Source: Hypanus sabinus (Eukaryota). From it: a DNA stretch of 64,000 bases. Position 1 is the first letter of the stretch; every line of letters starts with the position of its first letter. Position numbers and translations under genes: made by a program. This document shows, one piece after another, positions 1-11,235 of the stretch. The stretch spans positions 53,258,001-53,322,000 of the forward strand of contig NC_082709.1 of the NCBI RefSeq assembly GCF_030144855.1, in the 5' to 3' direction. A model generated the notes under the pieces. That model made no database searches and was not told the DNA's origin. It saw only the letters and a list, made by a program, of their open reading frames with translations.

Positions 1-1720
1 GTTGATCCTTTATTCAGACACTAATCTATAGTAATACTACAATAATATGAATGCAATATGTGTAGAGGCAGCTGGTAGATATGAAGTAGTACCTTTATTC
101 ACCAAAATGAGACACAGCAGGCATTATATTTACAGCCTTTCAGAGGAGAAGGTCTGCTCGACCCAACATTACATGACATTTTATATGTTAAATATTAAAG
201 GACAATTGTATATTTATGATGTATCTACAATACTTCCTTTGAATTACATATATCTTCCACACCTCCTTCTCTTCATCCACACTACAGACACCCAAATGAA
301 AGTTAATTCAGCAATATTTGGTTTTCCAATTAACTGTGGTTCACAGCTCTTTGGAACCCATTGCCCAGCGCTGCATTTTAAGTTTAATTTACAGTTCATA
401 TACAGATCTGAACTTTGGTGGCTACAGTTAGATGATGAAGTTAGTAGTTAATGTTTTTCCATATTTGTCCTAACCCCAAAAATGCCCAAGCAGTGGTTTG
501 AGGAACTACTCCACACATTGTGGATCAATGCATGACTACGGTCAGAACTGTCCCACAGACCTGTGATTCAAACTCTGAGGTAAAGTGAACTCAGGACCAT
601 AAACATATTAGCTGTTTACTGCACTATTGCTATTGTTGACACTAGGTGGCATGAACAGAATGACAGATTCTGATATCACTTTCTCAGGAACTTCATTGGG
701 GTTTTGCAGCATTTTGTTTGCCTGCCACAGTGTGAATGCTTCAGTTTCTGGGTACTGGATTACTCATAATCCTTGATTACTGTTTATCAGCACATTTGTT
801 AATTTATTTATTAGCAAAGTGGATTCTTGAGAGTGCAATGGGGAATTTATCCCACACAAACTTGGCCGATAGATAAAGAGACCATCGGTTCATGAGCTTC
901 CCACAAAACCATGTTGGACGTGCCCAATGTGTGCACACTGCCCCTGCATCAGTGAACTGGTACTCCCACACACGGCACAGTGGATCACCTCAACGGTCAA
1001 CGCTGCTCAGAAATACTCAACTGTGGGAGATCGTCATTCTGGTTATAGATCAGATTAACCAAACACTGACATGTTTGCTCCAAGTTTAACCCATTGAAAA
1101 CGAAAGAGTTAAGGTTAGTGTTACTGGAATGATGCCTGGAAAATTGCAGAAGGGCTAAGAGATGTGCAGCGCACCACAAATTGGAATTGAATGTTATTGA
1201 ATGCTCTTACGTCAGAACTTTGCAGATGATGGAGCGGAACGATATTGCTTCGGGTATGTGTTCTCTCAGACCTCACCCTTGACGTTGCCTTCCAGTTGGT
1301 GACCAGGTAAGCACTGGATTGGTGTTGCCAGGAAATGATCTCAACAGCAATAAACCTATTGAATAGCCACGTGTCACTGGCTCCTGCAAGATCTTGTGTT
1401 GGGCTCTGCTGGTATCAAGAAATCAAACTACCAGAGTGGAAGAAAGGACATTGAAACTATAAAACGTGGATTGAATGGAATTTCTGGCATGTTAGGAATG
1501 TTAAGAAAATGCAGTTAGGAAATTTGAGATTTCAAAACAATTTTCATTGGAGCAGAAAAGGATTACTTTAATAGGAGGTTAACAGATCAATTCAGAAATT
1601 TGTTGTGGTCAAAGGGGAGTATCAGTTTCTAAGAGTGAAGAGAAGGGTGTGGTCCATTGATTTGAACCTGTCACAAAGCAAATGAGAGTGAAGTGAAATC
1701 AGACAATATTGGAAAAAAAA
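1..1720. repeat. Conserved upstream block of duplication unit A
   Basis: Homologous to ~18700-20630, ~33000-33615 and ~55200-56700. Confidence 0.85.
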
Positions 1721-2072
1721 TACCAGGTCAGGCTATGGAGAAACAGTTGACATTTCAGTTTGATTACCAGTTAATAAGAGCATTACCAACAAGGGATGTC
1801 CCTTTAGGACATAAATGAGGAATGTTTCTTCAGGCAGAAGATGGTGAATCTGTGGAATTCATTGCTACAGACAAATACGGAGGCCAAATATTGGGTATAT
1901 TTAAAGTGAAGTTTGACCGGTTCTTGATTTGTAACAGTGTCAAAGGTTACTGGGTGAAGGCAGGAGAATGCATTTGAGAAGGATAATGAATCAGCCATGA
2001 TGGAATATGGAGCAGACTTGAGATACCAAATGGCCTAATTTTGCTCCTATGCCTTATGGTCTTATGGGACAG

Positions 2073-2247
2073 NNNNNNNNNNNNNNNNNNNNNNNNNNNN
2101 NNNNNNNNNNNNNNNNNNNNNNNNNNNNNNNNNNNNNNNNNNNNNNNNNNNNNNNNNNNNNNNNNNNNNNNNNNNNNNNNNNNNNNNNNNNNNNNNNNNN
2201 NNNNNNNNNNNNNNNNNNNNNNNNNNNNNNNNNNNNNNNNNNNNNNN
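2073..2247. other. Assembly gap (N run)
   Basis: Run of N. Confidence 1.
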
Positions 2248-3949
2248 CTCCCCCCACTCTCCCTCTCTCTCCCCTTTCTCTTTCTCTCCCCCTCTCTCTC
2301 TCTGCAGATGCTGCCTGATCCACTGACTTACTCTCACATTTTCTGTTTTTATTTCATATTTCCAGCACCTATGGGAATTTTTGTTTTCATCTTGTGAGAA
2401 GTGGGGTGGGGGGGGGGGGCTGGGTTGGAGACTTTCCTTCATGTGGAGCAATTGGAACATTCATTGTATTGCCAGTTCAAAGATCTATATACTTTACAGT
2501 AAAGGTATAAAAGCAATAAAGAAAGATAAATAATTCTGATAATGGTTAAACCAGGCTGTAGTGTGTTAGCCTGTCAGCTCTTGCTCTACCTTCATCACTT
2601 TTTATACTATGTCCTCTCTTTATTTCCAGCCCAGATGAAGAGACTTAAACTGAAATCTTGTCTATCCATTTCCCACCATAGATGCTGTGTGGTAGTCCAG
2701 AATTCTACCATCCACAGTCTCTTGTGCCTTCAAAATTAGAACACAGTACATCAGAGAGCAGTACCAGCATTTTGGCCCACAATGTTGTGTTGAGCATCTA
2801 ATATACTGTAAGATCAATCTAACCCTTCTCTTTATTTTCTATCCTCTATTTTTCAATCATCAATGTGCTTTTATAAGTGTTGCTTAAATATCCCTGATGT
2901 AACTGCCTCTACCACCATCCCTGGCAGGCCTTTCCATGGAGCCATCACTTACTTTATTAAAAAAAACTTTCTTCTTACACATTCATCGCCTTAAATCTAT
3001 GTCCACTCATTTTTTGCCATTTCCATCCTGGGAAAAATGTTTGTGGCTACCCACTCGATCAATACCTCTTATCATGTATATCACTTCATGTCTGATCCTC
3101 CTTCAATCCATAGAGAAAAGAGGAACAGGGCTTGCTTTTGCTGTTGCTGTTTTTTGCTTGTTGTATTCTGTATTGTTCTGCTGAGTGCTGAGGGCCTGCT
3201 AAGCTGACGCTGGAATGTGTGGCCACACGGTGGGCTGCCCCCAGCAGAGCCTCAGGTGTGTTGGTTGTTCATGTAAGACGTATCTCATTATACAAACTTT
3301 GTATGTTTCAATATACATGTGCCAAATTAACTCAAATCTATTTGAAATCTATCTGAATCCAGATTGACTCAACTAATACTGAAACCAATATTTGAAGGAT
3401 AGTCTGATCAGGGACTTATATCACTGCAAAATTACCTCTTGACTCTTGAGCACAATTCCCCCAGACACTAATTACCTTCCTAACAAACTGATCAACTTTC
3501 ATGGCATCTTAGAGGAAATCTACGGACATAGCATCAGGATACCTCTTCTTCCAACACTGTTAAGATTCCTGCCATTAACTCCTCATTTGCCTTCAAATTT
3601 GACTTTCCAAAGTCAAATATTTCACAATCAAGTTGAAGATGCTAACTGATGAGAGATATTCCTGGAGCAGTCATGACACAAACTCTCCCAACTGCCCACA
3701 AAACTCCTTTACCTCTAATAATGTCATCAATATCACTGTACATAGAAATGTTGATAGAACATGGAAAAATACAAGATTTCTCTCAACATATTTTGGATTT
3801 ATCACTCAGATATTCTTGCAGCAGTGTGCTGGTAATTCCAACACATTCTTGGACCACTGGTGGTAAATCATCACGGAATTTAGTATAAATGCACAGTGAT
3901 TTTGTACAAGTTTGAGATGATTGTGTCTTCGCCTCTGAAAATTTATTAT

Positions 3950-4140
3950 TTCATATTCCAAGGAATAAAACATGATCTCACTCAATGCTTCGCCAAATCT
4001 AAACACGATGACGATACCGGGAGGAAGCTCTGCCCATAAGTGGAGCCCACCCGTCATCTGGTTCCGGTGCCCACGATCAGCGAGCTGAGCAAACACGAGT
4101 CAGTGTTTGAATGTGGTGGGGGTGCAGGATATAAAGACTG
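3950..4140 (+). promoter_or_regulatory. Proximal promoter of copy A (TATA box TATAAA 4130-4135)
   Basis: Block 'gagcaaacacgagtcagtgtttgaatgtggtgggggtgcaggatataaagac' is near-identical upstream of all four ATGs; contains forkhead-like GCAAACA/TGTTTG motifs. Confidence 0.75.
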
Positions 4141-4164
4141 AGGGTAGCCTGGTGAATGTAGAAC

Positions 4165-4169
4165 GAGAG

Positions 4170-4225
<56 letters not shown>
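4165..4225. repeat. (GA)n microsatellite in 5'UTR of copy A
   Basis: About 30 GA units between TATA and ATG; only short GA runs in B and C. Confidence 0.95.
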
Positions 4226-4228
<3 letters not shown>

Positions 4229-4271
4229 ACTTCTTCACTGTGAGAAACTAGCTGATTCCACGTGAACCAGA

Positions 4272-7200
4272 ATGAAAATTTTCCTGCTTGTCATCACTGC
4301 TGTGCAGATTCTCTACTGCTCAGGTAAGTACTGGGGAGAACGGAAAACTAGAGAACAGAATGTTGTTGGTACTGAAGTTGTTGGTTCAGTCAGCAACATT
4401 TCACCCAGGTGTGAGAAGAATTCACAGAGTTTTTTTGGGATACCTTGTATGACTTCTGCTCTCTCTCTGCAGGAATGCCAAGCACCAAGGAAGCTCTGAG
4501 AGCCTCAGTTATAAAGCTGAATGAAATCACCGAGATCACCAACCTCTGTGGTATCTCCAGGAGAGGCGTGACAAATGTAAGTGTGCCTTTGGCTAATTGT
4601 GTTTCACAAACTATGGACATGTCTGAGTGCAGGGTAATTGTTTACTTAAACCTACCTTAAGAGTAGTTTAACAGCAAAAAACAAATCAAATATGACGTTT
4701 TGTAATAGGGAGAATAAATTGTAACATTATGGGGATTTGATGAGAAGGAGAGAGGGATTGATGGGATTTTTCAGCTGGGAGCCAGTATAAACCTGAAGGG
4801 CTGAGTGGCCATGAACTGCATATATCTTATTGTGAGGTGCATTTTAAGATAAGATAGAATCTAGGCATTCAACAGGAGCTGAATTTCATATTATCTACAG
4901 AGTTCAGCAATTTAGTACTCAATCAGTGTTTGAGTTGTGGAACTTTGATTGGACCAAAGTTTCAGAATTAAGGTTGGAAGTTCTGCCAGTCTTTGATTTG
5001 CAAGTCACTGAAAATTTTCCCAAATTTGTTAGTTAATTTCCTTCAGTAATTATGGATTCATGCAAACTTAGCATCCCTAACATGATAGTTTAAGTGACAG
5101 TTTTACCATTGGGCAAAGTAATTCTCTTGTCCATTTTGGTTGATTACTCAGACACGACCAATGTAACCATCAGCTGGAAATAGAGCCTCCATAACTCTGA
5201 GTTTTCTCAGTTCAGTGGAAGAATACCAGATGCAACAATTCACCAATGATCTCATTTCCTTCCTTCAGACATACCGTACGGGTAAACTGTCCTACAGCGT
5301 GGATTTAACGTTCTCTGTGATAGAGACTGTCTGCTCCAAGAATTCTGGACAGGAATTTGATGATCCCAGTTGCTCTTTCCACCCTAAAAACATTGCGGTG
5401 AGTCCAGAGTTATATTAGATCTTGCAAGTCCGTGTATGTTCTAACATCAAAATACAGGCTTTAATTAAAGCCTATTTCATAGAAATGACTATCGGTACGT
5501 AATTATATCAAAGGAAAGGCTAAGAATTGGGTTAGTTGCTAATCATGTTGATTTATTGTCTTGTTTGGAATCATGAATAATTTCCATTCATTATGCTTCA
5601 TTCCAACAGGAGAAAGGGTTTTGCAAAAGCCATGTGGAATTTTTTGCTGATGAGGTAGCTGACGTTGATGTGGAGTGTGATGGTCTGAAGACAGTTGACA
5701 GTGAGAGTGACTCCACAGAATCCAGTGAAAACAGTATTGAGGTAACTGCATTCATACAATTCAGCGCAACTGAATTTCTAACAGAAGATCCTTTACTGAA
5801 CATTTCATTGTTTATGTATGCTGAAGATCTAAAAATAAATGTCTTTATCTTACAGGCGCAAAGCAAATCAAAAGAAACATCACTTGAGGAAACCTTAAAT
5901 GTGAGTATTAATCAGTAATTTATCAGATTTTTTTCTTGTTGATCTCAATTGTTCATGATGAAATGATTATAATTCTTAGCAATGAAATTTTACATTCTCC
6001 ATTAGGAATTGTGACAGCATGTTATGGTAGTCATGGGAGATTTTAACATGCAGGTCGATTGGGAAAATCAGGTTGGTAATGGATCTCAGGAGAGTGAGTT
6101 TGTTGAATGCCTAAAAGATAGCTTTTTAGAGCATTTTCTTGTTGAGCTTTCTAGGGGATCAGCAATACTGGATTGGGTGTTATGTAAAGAACCAGAGGCG
6201 ATTTGGGAGCTTAAAGTAGAAGAACCCTTAGGAATCGGTGATCACAATGTGATTGTGTTCAACTTGAAATTTGATCATGGGAAAGTAAAGACTGATGTAG
6301 CAGTATTTCAGTGGAGTAAGGGAAATTACAGTGGTGTGAGAGAGGAGTTGGCCAAAGTAAATTGGAAAGAGCTGCTGTCAGAGATCTCAGTAGAATTGCA
6401 GTGGTGTGCGTTTCTGGGGAAAATGAGGAAGGTGCAAGACATGTGTATTCCAAAAATGAAGAAATACTCAAAAGGTAAAATAGTACAACTGTGGCTGACA
6501 TGGGAAGTCAAAACTATTGTAAAAACAAATGAATGGGCATATAACAAAGCAAAAATTAGTCGGAAGATAGAGGATTGGGAAATTTTTAAAAATCTACAGA
6601 GAACAACTTGAAAATCATTGGAAGGGAACAGATGAAATATGAAAGCAAGCTAGCAAATAATATCAAAGTAGATAGTAAAAGATTTCTCAAGTTAAAAATA
6701 AAGGAGAAATGTGACTGGATATAGGATCACTAGAAAATGAGGCAGGAGAAATAATAACGGGGGACAAGGAGATGGCTGCTGAACTAAATGAGTATTTTGT
6801 ATCAGTCTTCATTGTGGAAAACACTAGCTGTGTGCCTGATGTTCTAGTGTGTGAAGGAAGAGAAGTGGGTGCAGTTACTATTACAAGGGAGAAGATGCTC
6901 AAAAAGTTGGAAAACCTAAAGACATATAAATAACCCGGACCAGATGAACGGCATCCTGAGGTCTGAAAGAGGTAGCGTTAGAGATTGTGGTGACATTAGA
7001 AATGATCTTTCAAAAATCATTGGACTCTGGCATGGTGCCAGTGGACTGGAAAATTTCAAATGTCCCTTCACTCTTTAAGAAAGGAGGAATGCAGCAGAAA
7101 AGAAATTATAGACCAGTTAGCCTGACCTCAGTGGTTGGGAAGATGTTAGTTAGTTGGTAAGGATGAGATGATGGAGTACTTGGTAACACAGGACAAGATA

Positions 7201-10200
7201 ATACAAAGTCAGCATGGTTTCCTTCAGGGAAAATCCTGCCTGATGAACCTGTTGGAATTTTTTGAAGAGATTACAGGTAGGATAGATAAAGGGAATTTTG
7301 TATATTTGGACTTTCAGAAGGCCTTTGACAAGGTGCCACACATGAGGCTGCTTACCAAGTTAAGAGCCCATGTTACTACAGGGAAGTTATTAACACGGTT
7401 AGAGCATTGGCTGATTAGTAGGAGGCAGCAAGTGGGAATAAAAGGATCCTTTTCTGGTTGGCTGCCAGGGGTGTTCTGCAGGGGTTGGTGTTGGGACTAG
7501 ATCTTTTTATGCTGTATATAAATGATTTAGATGATGAAATATTTGGCTTTGATGGTGAAATTGTGGAATTTATTGCCACTTGCAGCTGTGGAGGCCAGGT
7601 CGTTGGGTGTACTTAAGGCAGAAATTGATAGGTTCTTGATTGGATGTGGCATCAAAGGTTACGGGGAGAAGGCTGGGAACTGGGGTTGAGGAGATAGAAA
7701 AAAGGATCAGGCTTGATTGAATGGCAGAGCAGACTCGATAGGCTAGAAGGCCTAATCCTGTTCCTATGTCTTATGATCTTACAGTCTATGGTCTTATCCC
7801 AGTCTGATGTGTAGGGAGGGGGTCCTAATATTAGATTTCAGTGTGTGATGAGTTTGTTCTCTGCTGGAGATGAACTGAACATCAGCAGAACAGGACTACA
7901 GGAGAAGTGTCTGTCAGACTCTCATCACTGAGATTCACCAAGAACCAATCCTTCCATGGATTCAATAAAATAAACGGTAATGATGCCTGTTTCACCTATT
8001 GTCAGAATATCCATTCAATCTGCTGCTGACATTTTTTTGAATATCAGTGTAGTGTAGAGAGAATTTTTACTGAAGCTTCTACAAACTAATGCTAGTTCAT
8101 GTGATTATCATTCAGAAATGTCAGGATTAATAGCTCCATCCATAATTTGGCATTCTGGTCTATTATTTGATGATAATGCTTTAGATTTACTAAATATATC
8201 TTGCACTAATGCTATAAATGTACATTTTTATACAGGCAAAAAGCAAATCAGAAGAAACTTCACTGGAATTATTAGCAAATGTAAGTCTAATTTGGGAGTT
8301 GATATCTTCAGTTTCTCAATAAGTTGTGATACCTAGATTGATTTGTCAGAATAGAGTCTAGGGATCTTAATTCATTCTTGGCCTGTTCCAAACAGTGGGG
8401 GTGAGAAGACAGAGAGAATATTGAATATTAGTTAGTGCCCACCTCAAACCATTTTCTTATAGTAAAACTGTAAACCTTGATTCCCTTAATATCCTACAAT
8501 CCACCAATCCCTATTTTGAATGAACTTGCAACTGAGCCTCCACAGCTCTCTGGGGGTAGCAAATTCCAAAGATTCACCATCTGAGTTTCACCTCATTCCA
8601 TGTTGGCCAAGCTATTATTTTGAGACTGTAAGCCAAGCTGTCAACTCCTTAGACAGGTGAAAACCCTTCCCCTGATATCCAATCAAATCCTCTCATAATT
8701 TTGCTTATGGTTAGGCAATCATTTGTCCTATCTGTAATGAATAGTCTATCATAATTAATCTCTCCTCATGCGACAGATCCACGTTAATGGGCACTATACT
8801 AGTATAACTTTGCAATATCCTCTGTCTCAAGCATATCAGATAAGCAACCAAAATTTCACAATCCTCACAGGGCTCGATACAATTGTAGTATTCTTCTTTC
8901 CAAGTCCTCTTGCTATAAAAATAACCTGCTTTCCTAATGGCCTGCTGCATTTGCTGCTGAAATGCCCAGAGTGAACAAAGTCTCCATTATATTTCAATAT
9001 TTAATACTTGAGCAAACTGGGGATTTTTCAGTTTATATATTATCAAAGTTCTTCACTGTCCTGTAGTAAACATTAAAATATTATTTCCGTACAGGAAAAA
9101 GACAAATCAAAAGAGACATCTCTTGAAAACTCAGCTGATGTGAGTATAACTGGAAAAAAATTCAGATGAACTTTTTGATCTTGTCATTAAGTAAACACGT
9201 TAAACATATTCGATTCGACTTTGTCAGAATAGAAGGAGAGAGGGCAATTTAGACCATAAGATACAAGACAAATAAGCAGAATTAGGCCATTTTGCCCAAA
9301 AATCTGCTCCACTAACTTTAGGTCAGTGCATTGAGAAAGGGATTATGTTATTTGATTTCTGTTAGGAAGTTTGACTGAGGGGCTCCAATACAGAGAATGA
9401 GTTTGCTTCCCCTCAAGGATAAAGTGAGCTGGAAATCAACAGGATTGGGTACTAGGTGTGAGGGCAAAGTCTCTAACACTCACCAATTACAGAGTTGAAG
9501 TGATGGTGCAGAACAGCTTCAATACACCAATGCGATTAATTGTGTGAGAGTGACATTTTCCCCAATTTATATGCAGACACCCCACACCTCACTTTATTTA
9601 GGCTACATTGATCATTATATGGAATGTAATTGTTCTGGCAGGGACTTCTCCAGTGCGATAATAAATTAAAAATCGTGATATTCCTAGTTTTGTTCAAAGG
9701 TTACCCCACAAACTTTCATAACTTAACATGCTAAGCATATAAATATTGATCTTTTCATGCAGGTCAAGAGCAAGTCAAAAGAGACATCAGTCGAGGAGTC
9801 TTCTAATGTAAGTCTAATCTTGGAATTTCTATCTATTAATTTTTAAACATAATGTACAGATAAAACCTAATTTGGGCAAACATAATTAAATGACTACCTA
9901 GATCAGGAAGAGGATGGCATATTAATGCACAGATTCTCTGTGGATGCCCTGAGGATGCCCATCATTAGCCTGAGTGTGAGTTTGTTCTTCACTAAATTTT
10001 GAAATAGAATTTGAAAAGTCTATTGGGGACAATCATGGTCTGTGGATTGATATTTCTGGTAGTTTCATGAAAGGAGGATCCATTGCATTTCTCTCATTTA
10101 ACTGAGTTTAACTATGAGCTCAGGGTCTAGAAGTGTATGGCATTGATGTCAACACTGAGACCTTCGTTCATTGGGTTGAACAGGGACCAACTTGAGTCCC

Positions 10201-10607
10201 AGCTGTCTATATGTTATGCAAGGCAATACTAAATCAGGGCATATCACTTAAAAATCTTTCTTATCTATGGAACTGTCCAAATGCATTTTAAATGTCACAT
10301 TTCAACCTGTCTCTACCAATTCTATTGGCTGTTCCTTCCATAAGTTGTAAAGTTTTTGATATGGATCTATCACTGATGTGAAAATCTGATTTTATCTCAT
10401 AAAACAGATGAAAAGCAAATCAATGGAATTATCACTGGAGGAACCTTCAAACGTAAGTATAAACTGAAGCTTTGTGACTGATGTGATCATCATTAAAACT
10501 AATGACAAAATATTGATGTCAGAGTGAGCTCAGTCCAGCTGAAAATTACAAACCTGTTCATCTTTCTATTCCAGGAACAAAATGAGGACTCGAGAGCCCA
10601 GCACTGA
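4272..10607 (+). CDS. SPP2: SPP2 (secreted phosphoprotein 24)-like secreted phosphoprotein with SxE repeat tail, copy A (10 coding exons, 224 aa)
   Basis: Manually spliced, all GT-AG and in frame: 4272-4323, 4473-4576, 5269-5397, 5610-5741, 5856-5900, 8236-8280, 9095-9139, 9763-9807, 10408-10452, 10575-10607(TGA). Protein: MKIFLLVITAVQILYCSG-MPSTKEALRASVIKLNEITEITNLCGISRRGVTN-TYRTGKLSYSVDLTFSVIETVCSKNSGQEFDDPSCSFHPKNIA-EKGFCKSHVEFFADEVADVDVECDGLKTVDSESDSTESSENSIE-AQSKSKETSLEETLN-AKSKSEETSLELLAN-EKDKSKETSLENSAD-VKSKSKETSVEESSN-MKSKSMELSLEEPSN-EQNEDSRAQH. The signal peptide ends in CSG. Motifs AL.ASV.K.N, L.FS..ET.C.K.SG, C.F and C.S.V...A..V..V...C followed by a Ser-rich tract match SPP2 as I recall it. 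The symbol denotes the family, not proven orthology. Confidence 0.88.
6024..7796 (+). mobile_element. CR1-type LINE fragment (ORF2 endonuclease/RT, decayed) in intron 5 of copy A
   Basis: VMGDFN, LDWVL, GDHN, QHGF..GKSCL.NLLEFFE and YLDFQKAFDKVPH motifs; CR1-type tail (cttatg repeats); absent in copy B. Confidence 0.9.
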
Positions 10608-10820
10608 CCATGAATGGAACTCCACAGAGTCTGAACTCAACGTGAACACAAGAAGACCTCATTCAGAATTTACAAGATGTTAACAATTGTACTGGACTCA
10701 TCCTGTCTGAGACTGAGGAGCCTGGAGCTCCTGACTGTACGTTTTGTTGTAAATGGGAGATTCGATTGTTTGTAAATGTTCTGTTGTTTGTATATTATTG
10801 TTTAATGTATTGTGGATCAA

Positions 10821-10834
10821 AATAAATTAATAAA
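10821..10834 (+). terminator. Poly(A) signal(s) of copy A
   Basis: Two AATAAA about 220 bp after the stop codon, followed by a GT/T-rich tract; position conserved in B and C. Confidence 0.7.
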
Positions 10835-10952
10835 TACAATATGGTATATTCACGGAACTGCTTCTGGAAGTTGTTTTGTTTGTCACTGACCTACAGGAGT
10901 TCATCCAGTTATTATGCTCAGGTTCACCTGTCCCTTGCCGATAGTGTATCTG

Positions 10953-11235
10953 CTTTGTCTGGTGGGACCTCCAGATGTGGGGCCACTTGCTGGTGCAGAT
11001 ACTTTGTCTGGTGAGACCTCCTGATGTGGGGCCACCTGCTGGTGCAGATGCTTTGTCTGGTGGGACCTCCTGATGTGGGGCCACCTGCTGGTGCAGATAC
11101 TTTGTCTGGTGAGACCTCCTGATGTGGGGCCACCTGCTGGTGCAGATGCTTTGTCTGGTGGGACCTCCTGATGTGGGGCCACCTGCTGGTGCAGATACTT
11201 TGTCTGGTGAGACCTCCTGATGTGGAGCCACCTGG
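10953..11235. repeat. 49-bp minisatellite, ~5.8 units
   Basis: Unit ctttgtctggtg(g/a)gacctcctgatgtggggccacctgctggtgcagat(a/g), starting at 10953, 11002, 11051, 11100, 11149, 11198. Confidence 0.95.

Noticed and set aside
892-1089. 65-aa ORF MSFPQNH... repeated three times as a small gene
   Set aside because: Explained by near-identical DNA of the duplicated block; the frame is not kept in unit D and no domain is recognisable.
2041-2460. ORFs spanning N runs (also 56660-57103)
   Set aside because: Artefacts of assembly gaps.
4352-4366. Progesterone/glucocorticoid response element AGAACAgaaTGTTGT in intron 1 of copy A
   Set aside because: Not conserved in the other three paralogs; compatible with chance.
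5269-5741. Cathelicidin antimicrobial peptide genes (FSVKETVC motif)
   Set aside because: N-terminal ALRASVIKLN, the CSG signal end and the post-domain Ser tract fit SPP2 better. The C-terminus is acidic and multi-exon, not a cationic exon-4 peptide.
5539-5866. Minus-strand ORFs recurring in each unit (MNAVTSILFSLDSVES...)
   Set aside because: Antisense shadows of exon 4.
5856-10452. True SCPP/casein/osteopontin orthologs
   Set aside because: The tail is fused to a cystatin-type domain and the first coding intron is phase 1, unlike all-phase-0 SCPP genes; the similarity is treated as convergence.
10953-11235. CRISPR-like array or repetitive protein (ORFs MAPHQEV...)
   Set aside because: Contiguous 49-bp units with no unique spacers in eukaryotic DNA; the period is not a multiple of 3, so the ORFs are repeat artefacts.
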